The position numbers and the translations under genes are program-made. A stretch of 64,000 bases of DNA from Spirochaetia bacterium (GTDB lineage: Bacteria; Spirochaetota; Spirochaetia; DSM-2461): the NCBI GenBank assembly GCA_963668315.1, contig OY764216.1, positions 2,752,001 to 2,816,000 of the forward strand, in the 5' to 3' direction. Below the pieces are notes generated by a model. The model worked only from the letters and a program-made list of their open reading frames with translations. It ran no database searches and was not told where the DNA came from. Positions 39,343 through 48,253 of this stretch are shown here, piece after piece; within the stretch, counting starts at the first letter, position 1; each line of letters begins with the position of its first letter.

Positions 39343-41466
39343 ATGGTAGATAACTATGTGGTAAAAACCTATGCCGGATGGCTGGGGAAGATCATCGGTA
39401 TCCGGCTCGGTTCCCACATAGAAGGGTGGACTTACGAGAAAATACGTGAGGAAATCGGCGAGATAAGCGATTATCCCGTTGATTACAACGATTATGCCGC
39501 CGATGACGACAGCAACGGTCCTTTCTTCTTTATCAAGGCCCTGGAAGATTTTACCTGCGACCCGGAAGAGCTCACCCCCGCCATGGTCGGCAAGACCTGG
39601 CTGAATTACGTGTCCGAGAGCAGGGGCTTCTTCTGGTGGGGCGGGTACGGTATCTCCACGGAGCATACGGCCTATGACAATTTGAAAAACGGTCTGGAAG
39701 CGCCCCGGTCCGGTTCCATGGAACAGAACGGGAGCACCTGTGCCGAGCAGATCGGCGGACAGATCTTCATCGACTCCTGCGGCTACGTCGCCCCGGGCCG
39801 TCCCTATCTGGCGGCCCGGTTCGCCCGGACATTCGCTTCCGTCTCCCATGACGGCAACGGGATCTACGGGGCCGTCTTCGTGGCCGTATGCATCAGCCTG
39901 GCTTACATACGCCATGATATCAGGACGATTATCGAGGAGGCCCTCACCCATATCCCGGAGAGCAGCGAATACTTCCGGGTCGCCCGGAAGGTCATCGAGT
40001 TCTACGACCGGGACAAAGGACAAAACTGGAGGGACTGCTTCTCCTATATCCATGATAATTTCGGCTATGACAAGTACCCGGGGAACTGCCATATCATCCC
40101 GAACAGCGCCGTCATGGTTCTGGCCATGCTCTACGGGAAGGGCGACTTCTCCGAGACTATATGCATCGTGAATATGTGCGGCTGGGATACGGACTGCAAC
40201 GGGGGAAACGTCGGATCCATTCTGGGAATTCTTTCGGGCATAGAGAATATGGACGACAAATGGATCACTCCCATTAAGGATATCGTTCTCTACTCCTCCT
40301 GTTTGGGGTCCTTGAATATCTCCACCGCTTCCCGGGATATTAATACCTACTGCCGCCTCGGGTATAGAATCGCCCATGAAGTGCCGCCAGCCCCCTGGAA
40401 GGAGATCTGGGAACGGGACAGCCGGCTATTTCACTTTCATCTGCCCAAATCCCTCCAGGGTATGAGGACAGATGACGAAGGGATCTTCCTGTCCAATACG
40501 GATGAAGTTTCGCGCAGCTTCGGAAGATGCCTTAAAATCGATATACAGAACAGAGGGCCCGAGGTGTCTCGCCCCTTCCGGGTGTACCGGAAAACCTATT
40601 ATCAGCCGGCCGACCTGTACGATTCCCGATATGATCCCTCCTTTACCCCTGTCCTCTATCCCGGTCAGACCGTTAAAAGCTGTCTTTGTTATACCGGCGG
40701 TTCTCCTCTGAAGGTTTGCCTTTACGGGCGGGACATAAATAATAATGCCCTTTACAGCTCCCCCTTTTTCGAGATCCGGGAGGAGTGGACGGAAATCGAT
40801 TTTACCCTTCCTCCCGCAGAGGGAGCCCTGATCAAAGAGGCGGGGTTTCTCTTCGAGTCCGGGAAGGGGGCCTGTACAGGCGGTGCGGTCTATATCGATT
40901 ATGTGGAGTATACGGGCAAAGCCGATTTCACCATCGATTTTTCCCGGGAGCGGACGGAAGAGTATATTCCCGGACATACGGGGATACACAGGGAAATAAG
41001 CCAGTTCTCTCAGAAAAGCGGGCTGTGGGAGCTTGACGGGGAGTATCTGAGCGGCAGCTGCTGCGAAAGCGGGGAAGCCTACACGGGGCTCTACCGGGAC
41101 AGGGACTATATTTACGATATTATTATCAATCCCCAGTACGGAGAGACCCATCTGATGAATTTCCGGGTACAGGGGGGCGAGAGAAGCTACGCCTTCGGCT
41201 TCTGCGGACGGAACAGACTGGCGCTTCTCAAGAAGAATCATGATTATACCCTCCTGAAAGATATCGAATACCCCTATGAGCGGTATCGGGATTATGCTTT
41301 CTCCGTCAGGGTGGAGGGAGAGCATATTCTGTGCTCCGTTGAAGGAGAGACACTGATCGATTTTCTTGATGAGGCAGATCCTCTCAGCCACGGTCAGATC
41401 GGTATGAGCGTCCATGGGGGAAGCCACTGCCACTATAAAAATCTGAGGTACCGCCGGACTTCATAA
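39343..41466 (+). CDS. ADP-ribosylglycohydrolase family protein with C-terminal beta-sandwich domains
   Basis: GWLGKIIG..LG, acidic DDDS, GWDTDCNG metal motifs; C-terminal about 350 aa rich in beta-strands. Confidence 0.82.
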   Translation: MVDNYVVKTYAGWLGKIIGIRLGSHIEGWTYEKIREEIGEISDYPVDYNDYAADDDSNGPFFFIKALEDFTCDPEELTPAMVGKTWLNYVSESRGFFWWGGYGISTEHTAYDNLKNGLEAPRSGSMEQNGSTCAEQIGGQIFIDSCGYVAPGRPYLAARFARTFASVSHDGNGIYGAVFVAVCISLAYIRHDIRTIIEEALTHIPESSEYFRVARKVIEFYDRDKGQNWRDCFSYIHDNFGYDKYPGNCHIIPNSAVMVLAMLYGKGDFSETICIVNMCGWDTDCNGGNVGSILGILSGIENMDDKWITPIKDIVLYSSCLGSLNISTASRDINTYCRLGYRIAHEVPPAPWKEIWERDSRLFHFHLPKSLQGMRTDDEGIFLSNTDEVSRSFGRCLKIDIQNRGPEVSRPFRVYRKTYYQPADLYDSRYDPSFTPVLYPGQTVKSCLCYTGGSPLKVCLYGRDINNNALYSSPFFEIREEWTEIDFTLPPAEGALIKEAGFLFESGKGACTGGAVYIDYVEYTGKADFTIDFSRERTEEYIPGHTGIHREISQFSQKSGLWELDGEYLSGSCCESGEAYTGLYRDRDYIYDIIINPQYGETHLMNFRVQGGERSYAFGFCGRNRLALLKKNHDYTLLKDIEYPYERYRDYAFSVRVEGEHILCSVEGETLIDFLDEADPLSHGQIGMSVHGGSHCHYKNLRYRRTS

Positions 41467-41570
41467 TTCATCCCAATCTCCCTGTCCCCTCCCTTTTATT
41501 TAATGAAAAGATGTTTGATTTTGCCGGTCCGGCATCCTACAATTGTAATAATGAGGGTAATACAGATGAG

Positions 41571-44500
41571 ATGAAAGAGATCAGAAAAAGGGAGAACGGA
41601 CGGGAATATATCATCGAAGACTGTGACGCAATGGGCAGGGCAGGGATGGATTTTTCCTTTCTCGTGGAGCTGTACCGCGATTCTCCCGAGATAGTCATCG
41701 CCAGGGAGTCTATCCGGAGCCGTTTTCATATTGTCTATGAGGCGAGGCTTTTCCGGGGGAGCCTGAAAAACCTGGAGGATAAGCTTTCTCTCCAAGAGAA
41801 AGTGGAACTACTGACCGACATTCTCCATAAATTGAAGAAAATTCACGGGAAGGGCTATATTTTCAATAACCTGAACCTTGAAAGCTCATATCTGTGCGGT
41901 TTCCGTTCCGTTCTTCTGACGGGATTCCAGAATATCGTCAGAAAATACAGTCAGGAAGAAGGGATCATTGAAAGGGTCTCTGCGGTTAATTCCCACTATA
42001 TGCCGCCCGAACTGACAGGAAAACTGGGGCTCCCCCTGTCGGAGCAGAGCGATTTTTACTCTTTCGGCATTCTGATGTATCGTTTTCTTACGGGACAATA
42101 CCCCTTCCACTCAGATGATCTCACCGAATTATACTCCCTCCATATGGCGGGAAAACCCGTCGACCCCGTCCTTGTCGGAAAGGATATCCCCGCCGGTCTT
42201 TCACAAATAATCCTCAAGCTTCTGGCCAAGGAGCCGGAGGAGCGCTACCGGTCCCATGACGGTCTTATTTATGATCTGGAATATTTCTCCCCTCCCGGTT
42301 TTGTTCCCGCCCAGAGAGATTATGAGCCCCGGTTCCGCCTTTCCCGCACTCTCTATGGACGGGAGAAGGAGAGGGAGCTTCTGACCGGAGAGATCGCCGG
42401 GACGGCTTCCGGCCGGTTTCAGGCCATCCTGCTGAGCGGCCATGCCGGTGTGGGAAAGTCATCACTTATCGAAGAGTTCTTCCGTTCCGCAAGGCAGGGG
42501 GGAATGATTTTCCTCAGGGGAAAATTCCAGCAGTACAGAACCAATATTCCCTTTCTGGCCCTTTCCGAAGCCTTATCCGGTTTCATTGACAGGCTCCTGA
42601 CAGGAAGCAGCGAAGAACTGGAGCGATTCAGAGATGATTTCGCTTCCCGTATAGGCGACCAGGGGGCCGTCCTCACGACAGTCTTTCCCCGGCTTGAGAC
42701 CGTCACGGGCAGACAGGTTCCCGTATATCCCATGACGGGCGTCCAGGGTGAAAACCGCTTCATTCTGACCTTTCTCGAGTTCCTCCGGATTATCGCCGAC
42801 CGGAAATCGCCTCTGATCCTGTTTCTCGATGATTTCCAGTGGACCGATACCGCCTCCCTGCATGTTATACGGCAGATTATACGGGCCAGACTCGACTGGA
42901 CTTTTCTCGGCATCTCCTACCGGAATGATGAAGTATCCGGACATCATCCCTTTATGGCATTAATTGAGGATGTCCCTATCCTCTGCCCCGGTGTTAAGGA
43001 GATCAGGCTGAAGGATCTGACATGCCGGGATATTTCCCGAATGCTCCGGGAGAGCCGAATCCTCAATTATGAAGAACTGGCCGCTGCCGTTTTTGAGAAG
43101 ACCGGGGGAAATCCTTTCTATGTTCACCAGTATATGAACATGATTATAGAGAGAAAGCTCCTTGAACGGCAGAGCGACAGCCATCTCTGGAAAGCAGACA
43201 CAGCTTCCGTTATGGAGGCGGAAGTGTGCGAGAACGTGGTGGATTTTATGCAGACCCTTCTGAAGAATTATGACGGGGAAGTGACCGATATACTCAGAAA
43301 GATCAGCATGCTCGGCCATCAGACGGATGACAGAACTCTCGAACTGCTCCTGGGAAAAGGGCGGGAAGAAATAAGAATACGGCTCAAGGAGGTACTGGCC
43401 CAGAAACTCATGACCGATACGGGGACAGCCCTCCGGTTCACCCACGATAAAATCCAGCAGGCCTGTTACCAGCTCAACGGGAAAAATCAGCTAGGGCGGG
43501 AGCATTTCGCTCTGGCCTGCCTGCTTATGGATAATAGGCTCTACTCCGATTCGGATGATCTTTTCAGCCTGGTTTCCCATCTGAATGAAAGCTTCGCCTT
43601 CGTTCTTAAGGAGCCGGCCCGGTTTTTTGATATATACCTTGCCGCGGCGGTGAAAAGCCGGAAGATTTCGGCCTATCAGGAGTATCTGCATTATATCGGC
43701 CATGGGCGCCGGCTCTTATGTCCGGATATTACCGGGGAGCGCAGGAAAAAATGCCTGAGCGAATATCATCTGGCCCTGCATCTGAACGGAGAATATGAAG
43801 AGGCCGATGATTTTTTTGAAAGGGAAATCAGGGAAGATCCCGATATCTATCTTTTCAAGGAGAATTATATCGCCAAAGTTTCCCAGGACAGCATGCTGGG
43901 GAAGTATGGCGAGGCCACACAGCTGGGCCTGTCCATACTGGAAAAACTGGATATCACCCTCGATCATAACCCGGATCGGAACGCTCTGACGGAGGGGCTG
44001 CGGAAAAACCGGGAACTGGCGGAACAGCTGGGGATAGAAAGGGTGGATGATCTTGATTCGGTGGAAAAAAGATCATCCGGGAAAATGGAGTTTATCTGCG
44101 GGATGATCTCCGCCCTGCTTTCCGGCTCCTTCTTTTATTCTCCCAATCTGTCCGTTCTCCTGATACTGGAGACAATCCGGCTCGCCATGATCTATGGGGT
44201 CTTCCCGGCCATGGGTTATCCCCTGTCCTTCTCTTCCATCCTTTTTATCCTTACGGAGAACGACTACTTCAGGGGATTCGACTATGGAAAATACGCGATC
44301 AATATTTCTCAGATAGATAAAAGATCCCTGGGGCATGCCAAGCATATTTTTATCCTGACCAGCTGGCAATGGAAGCGCCCCCTTAAGGATAACCGCTGTC
44401 TGGATATCGCCCGCGATGCTTTTCATCTCCTTCTGAAAGGGGGAGATATTCAAATGTCCGGATTTATCTTCGCCAGCACGGTGGGGTGCCTTTTCGAGAG

Positions 44501-46526
44501 GGGAGAACGGCTGTCCGACTGTCTCGATGAGCTTAACCGCGGCCTGGACTATGTGAGAAAAACAAATAATTTCCATGCCCTGGGCGGTTATCAGGTTTAT
44601 GAACAGTTCTTTCTTTCCATGATGTCCAGGAATGCATCGGAGAACGATTTTATCAATAACGGATTCAGGGAGAAGGAGTTCCTGGAGATAAACAGCCTCA
44701 ATTTTGTAGCCCAGGCCTATCTATACATCTATAAAACCCAGTATCTCTTCATAAACAGACAGTACGGCCTTGCCCGCGATTATGCCGGCAGGGCCGAGAA
44801 GATTCTTCACTGTATTACGGCCTTTATTCCGGTGGGTACTTTCTATTTTTACGGGGCCCTTCTCCTGTGCCGCGGTATCGGGGAGGATTCAGATTCCGAT
44901 GCTAAGCTCAGAACCTATATGGACCAGCTGGAAGAGTGGGCCGGGGCCGTTCCCGAGAACTGGCTGCAGAAATATTATCTGGTAAAGGCGGAATCCATCC
45001 GATTCTCCGAAAGCCGTTCCATCGAGGCGGCCCAGTTCTATACCATGGCCATCATTGCTGCCGAACAGAACGGATTCATTCAGGATCTGGCCCTCGCCCA
45101 GGAACTTTTTTCCGAATACTGGCTTGAACAGGGGAGCGGCGAATGGTCCTTCACCCTGCTCGAGCAGGCCTGTGAATCCTATCGGAAATGGGGAGCCGTT
45201 CTGAAATTGAACGCTCTCCTCAGATCGGACAGCCGGCTTGCTGCGAAGGTCGAGAGAAAAAATATAGATCTCAGAAGCATCATAAAGGCGCAAAACCTGC
45301 TGGCCCGGGAAACAAGGCTCGATATGCTTATTCAAAAGATGCTTAAAATGCTTTTGGATTTCTCCGGGGCAGAAATCTGCCACCTTATCCGTTGTGAGGA
45401 GGAGTGGTTTATCGAGGCGTCCCTGGGAATCGCCGACAAGGACGTTTCGCTGACAAGAAAGAACATCAGTACGGAGACCGTATCAACGGACCTTGTTAAT
45501 TATGTCGTGCGGACAAAAAATGAGATTACCCCCGAAGAACTCAGCATTCCCCTTTCCGATGGCTACTTCAAAAAGTTTCGTCCCCTCTCCACAATCGTTG
45601 TTCCCCTCCTCAATCATTCGGAAACCATAGGAATCCTCTACCTGGAGCATCGCCGCGTGAAAGGGCTGTTTTCCAGGGAAAAGCGTGAGGCTATTCAGAT
45701 GCTCTCTTCCCAGATCGCCGTATCCCTTCTCAATGCCGAACTGTACGGAACCCTTGAACGGAGAGTTAAGGAGAGGACGGAAGAACTGGAAGAGATGAAC
45801 AAGGAGCTTCTCAGGGCCGACGGGGAACTCAGGAAAATCAATAGGACAAAGGATAGGCTCCTGTCCATTCTGGGCCACGATCTGAAAGGTCCCCTGGGCG
45901 GGGTGGCCAAGTTCATGGAGCTCATGGACGAGGGAAAGATCCAGCCTTCGGAGAAGCTCATTTCCACCATGAACAAAAGCATAGGGAACATCTATGACCT
46001 GACGGAAGATCTCCTCCTCTGGGCCAGAAGCCAGAGCGGTGCCCTTGTCCCCTGTCCCGAAGAAATCCGGGCGGGAACCCTTATTGACCAGGTCATAGGC
46101 GTGTACCGGATGGCGGCGGAAAAAAAGAAAATTGAGCTAGTTGCCGAGGGAACCGCCGAAGGACTGGCCCTTTATACCGATTCTTCCATGGCCGATACGA
46201 TTCTCCGGAATCTGGTGAACAACGGGGTGAAGTTCACTCCCCGGGGAGGCAGGGTATCCATAAGAGCCGGGGAACGGGAGAACATGGTGAGGCTGGAGGT
46301 ATCCGATACCGGGGTGGGCATGGAAAAGGTGGTATCGGACAGCCTTTTCTCCATCGTCGATAAAAGCAGACAGCGCCGGGGTACCGATGACGAAAGCGGT
46401 ACCGGTCTGGGGCTGGTGGTATGCAGAGAGCTGGCCGGGCTGTGCGGGGGAGACATCGGCGCCGAGAGCACTCCCGGTGCGGGCAGCACATTCTGGGTGG
46501 ACTTTCCCCGGAGCCGTGGAGAATGA
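41571..46526 (+). CDS. Multidomain sensor: degenerate Ser/Thr kinase - STAND/AAA ATPase - helical region - GAF - histidine kinase
   Basis: YMPPELTG..SDFYSFG, Walker A GHAGVGKS, Walker B FLDDFQW, GGNPF, GAF (GILYLEH), H-box GHDLKGPL, NGVKF, DTGVG, GTGLGL. Confidence 0.88.
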   Translation: MKEIRKRENGREYIIEDCDAMGRAGMDFSFLVELYRDSPEIVIARESIRSRFHIVYEARLFRGSLKNLEDKLSLQEKVELLTDILHKLKKIHGKGYIFNNLNLESSYLCGFRSVLLTGFQNIVRKYSQEEGIIERVSAVNSHYMPPELTGKLGLPLSEQSDFYSFGILMYRFLTGQYPFHSDDLTELYSLHMAGKPVDPVLVGKDIPAGLSQIILKLLAKEPEERYRSHDGLIYDLEYFSPPGFVPAQRDYEPRFRLSRTLYGREKERELLTGEIAGTASGRFQAILLSGHAGVGKSSLIEEFFRSARQGGMIFLRGKFQQYRTNIPFLALSEALSGFIDRLLTGSSEELERFRDDFASRIGDQGAVLTTVFPRLETVTGRQVPVYPMTGVQGENRFILTFLEFLRIIADRKSPLILFLDDFQWTDTASLHVIRQIIRARLDWTFLGISYRNDEVSGHHPFMALIEDVPILCPGVKEIRLKDLTCRDISRMLRESRILNYEELAAAVFEKTGGNPFYVHQYMNMIIERKLLERQSDSHLWKADTASVMEAEVCENVVDFMQTLLKNYDGEVTDILRKISMLGHQTDDRTLELLLGKGREEIRIRLKEVLAQKLMTDTGTALRFTHDKIQQACYQLNGKNQLGREHFALACLLMDNRLYSDSDDLFSLVSHLNESFAFVLKEPARFFDIYLAAAVKSRKISAYQEYLHYIGHGRRLLCPDITGERRKKCLSEYHLALHLNGEYEEADDFFEREIREDPDIYLFKENYIAKVSQDSMLGKYGEATQLGLSILEKLDITLDHNPDRNALTEGLRKNRELAEQLGIERVDDLDSVEKRSSGKMEFICGMISALLSGSFFYSPNLSVLLILETIRLAMIYGVFPAMGYPLSFSSILFILTENDYFRGFDYGKYAINISQIDKRSLGHAKHIFILTSWQWKRPLKDNRCLDIARDAFHLLLKGGDIQMSGFIFASTVGCLFERGERLSDCLDELNRGLDYVRKTNNFHALGGYQVYEQFFLSMMSRNASENDFINNGFREKEFLEINSLNFVAQAYLYIYKTQYLFINRQYGLARDYAGRAEKILHCITAFIPVGTFYFYGALLLCRGIGEDSDSDAKLRTYMDQLEEWAGAVPENWLQKYYLVKAESIRFSESRSIEAAQFYTMAIIAAEQNGFIQDLALAQELFSEYWLEQGSGEWSFTLLEQACESYRKWGAVLKLNALLRSDSRLAAKVERKNIDLRSIIKAQNLLARETRLDMLIQKMLKMLLDFSGAEICHLIRCEEEWFIEASLGIADKDVSLTRKNISTETVSTDLVNYVVRTKNEITPEELSIPLSDGYFKKFRPLSTIVVPLLNHSETIGILYLEHRRVKGLFSREKREAIQMLSSQIAVSLLNAELYGTLERRVKERTEELEEMNKELLRADGELRKINRTKDRLLSILGHDLKGPLGGVAKFMELMDEGKIQPSEKLISTMNKSIGNIYDLTEDLLLWARSQSGALVPCPEEIRAGTLIDQVIGVYRMAAEKKKIELVAEGTAEGLALYTDSSMADTILRNLVNNGVKFTPRGGRVSIRAGERENMVRLEVSDTGVGMEKVVSDSLFSIVDKSRQRRGTDDESGTGLGLVVCRELAGLCGGDIGAESTPGAGSTFWVDFPRSRGE

Positions 46527-48253
46527 TGATCCTTTTGCCATCCCTCGTTATTCTGCTGCTGGCACTCACTTTCTACGGCCGTTCCCGGATAATCAAAGTA
46601 CGGAGAGAGCTGGTCCAGGTGAGAGAGCAGCTGGAAAGGGGTCTTATGGTCGCCAATATGGGGGTCTGGGAATATGACATTTCATCGAAGAAACTCTATT
46701 GGTCCGATACCATCTATCATATTACAGAGCAGGACAGGGAAAGGACAACTCCCACCCGGGAAGCTTTCTGGGATCTGATCCACCCCGAGGATAGGGAGAT
46801 GGTCCTGGAAAAGCAGAAAGAGAGTTTGAATACCCGCAGAAAGACGGAAATCATCCATAGGATCCTGATGAAAGACGGCCGGGTCAAATGGATTGAGGAG
46901 CATCTTAAGACAGAGTTCGATAAGAGCGGAAACCCTGTGAAATCGGTAGGTACTATCTACGATTTCACCAGACAGAAAGAGGGGGAGCTGATTTTTAAAT
47001 CTCTCCTTGAAAATGCTTCCGACGGCATTCATATCCTGGACGAGAAGGGCAATCTGCTCTATTACAGCCGGTCCTTTGCCAGGAGTCTGGGCTATGAATA
47101 TGATGAACTGGAGAACAAGAACATCACCGATTGGGAGGCTAATCTTGACAAGGACCAGATAAGGGCAACCATTAAACTGCTCCTGAAATCGGATATCACC
47201 TTTGAGACGAAGCACAGAAAGAAGGATGGAACCCTTTTCGATGTTCAAATCAGCGCAACCGATATACTGCTCGACGGTAAAAAGCGCATATATGCCTCCC
47301 AACGGGATATTTCGGAGCAGAAGCACTATATTGAGCAGCTGAACAAACTGAATATCATGCTGAATACCGCTGCCAAGGTGGGGAAAATAGGATTCTGGGA
47401 GCTTGACGGGATTTCCGGTAAGGTGGAGTGGAACGAAGCGCTATACGATATCTTTGAAGTGGATGATAAAACCTCCCCCATGGACAGGGAGCGCTTTCTT
47501 ACCTTTCTTCCCCCCGAGAAGAAGGATGATCTGATACATAAATTCATGCTTTTTCAAAAGAGGGGGGATTACTCTGTCGTTCACGATATCATTACCGAAA
47601 AGGGGAACAGGAAAATCGTTGACGAAAGGGGCAGGCATTTCTATGACGGAGAGGGGCGTCTGATCAAGACGGTAGGCAGTGTTATGGATATCACGGAAAG
47701 GATCGCCCGGGAAAGAATCATAAAAAAACAGGCCGTTACCGATGAATTGACCCAGCTGGGCAACAGGAAGGCCTATAACGAACGTCTTTCCGAACTGATA
47801 GCCCAGTATAAGCGGTATCATCTGATCTTCTCCCTGCTGATTTTCGACATCGACCTGTTCAAGGACATTAATGACACCTACGGCCATCATGTGGGTGACC
47901 AGGTTCTGATGGCCCTGGGAAAACTTGTCTCATCCCTCGTCAGGAAAAATGATTTCATTTTCCGGATCGGCGGGGAGGAGTTCGTCATACTCATGTCGGG
48001 AACAGACATGGAGCACGCCATCCTCCTCGCCGAGAAAGTGCGGCGAGCGATAGAGAAGGATCTGAACGTAATCAGTAACCGGGATGTCACTGTCAGTATC
48101 GGCGTAGGCGAAATGGAGAGGGATGACACGGCCGATTCTCTCTTCCGAAAGGCGGACAAAAATCTTTATCTTGCCAAAAGGTCAGGGCGCAACAGGGTCG
48201 TGGGCGATCTGTACTCCTTTCCCGCTAAAGGCGCCACTCATACACAATCCTAG
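46523..48253 (+). CDS. Diguanylate cyclase with an N-terminal TM helix and three PAS domains
   Basis: Three PAS/PAC repeats, DELTQLGNR, DIDLFKDINDTYGH, RKND I-site, GGEEF; ATGA overlap with the upstream kinase. Confidence 0.9.
   Translation: MMILLPSLVILLLALTFYGRSRIIKVRRELVQVREQLERGLMVANMGVWEYDISSKKLYWSDTIYHITEQDRERTTPTREAFWDLIHPEDREMVLEKQKESLNTRRKTEIIHRILMKDGRVKWIEEHLKTEFDKSGNPVKSVGTIYDFTRQKEGELIFKSLLENASDGIHILDEKGNLLYYSRSFARSLGYEYDELENKNITDWEANLDKDQIRATIKLLLKSDITFETKHRKKDGTLFDVQISATDILLDGKKRIYASQRDISEQKHYIEQLNKLNIMLNTAAKVGKIGFWELDGISGKVEWNEALYDIFEVDDKTSPMDRERFLTFLPPEKKDDLIHKFMLFQKRGDYSVVHDIITEKGNRKIVDERGRHFYDGEGRLIKTVGSVMDITERIARERIIKKQAVTDELTQLGNRKAYNERLSELIAQYKRYHLIFSLLIFDIDLFKDINDTYGHHVGDQVLMALGKLVSSLVRKNDFIFRIGGEEFVILMSGTDMEHAILLAEKVRRAIEKDLNVISNRDVTVSIGVGEMERDDTADSLFRKADKNLYLAKRSGRNRVVGDLYSFPAKGATHTQS

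Noticed and set aside
12243..40377. Many long antisense ORFs (e.g. 12243-13634, 17901-19127, 27689-28894, 31184-32557, 38995-40377)
   Set aside because: They mirror well-supported genes, as expected from GC-rich codon bias, and show no family motifs
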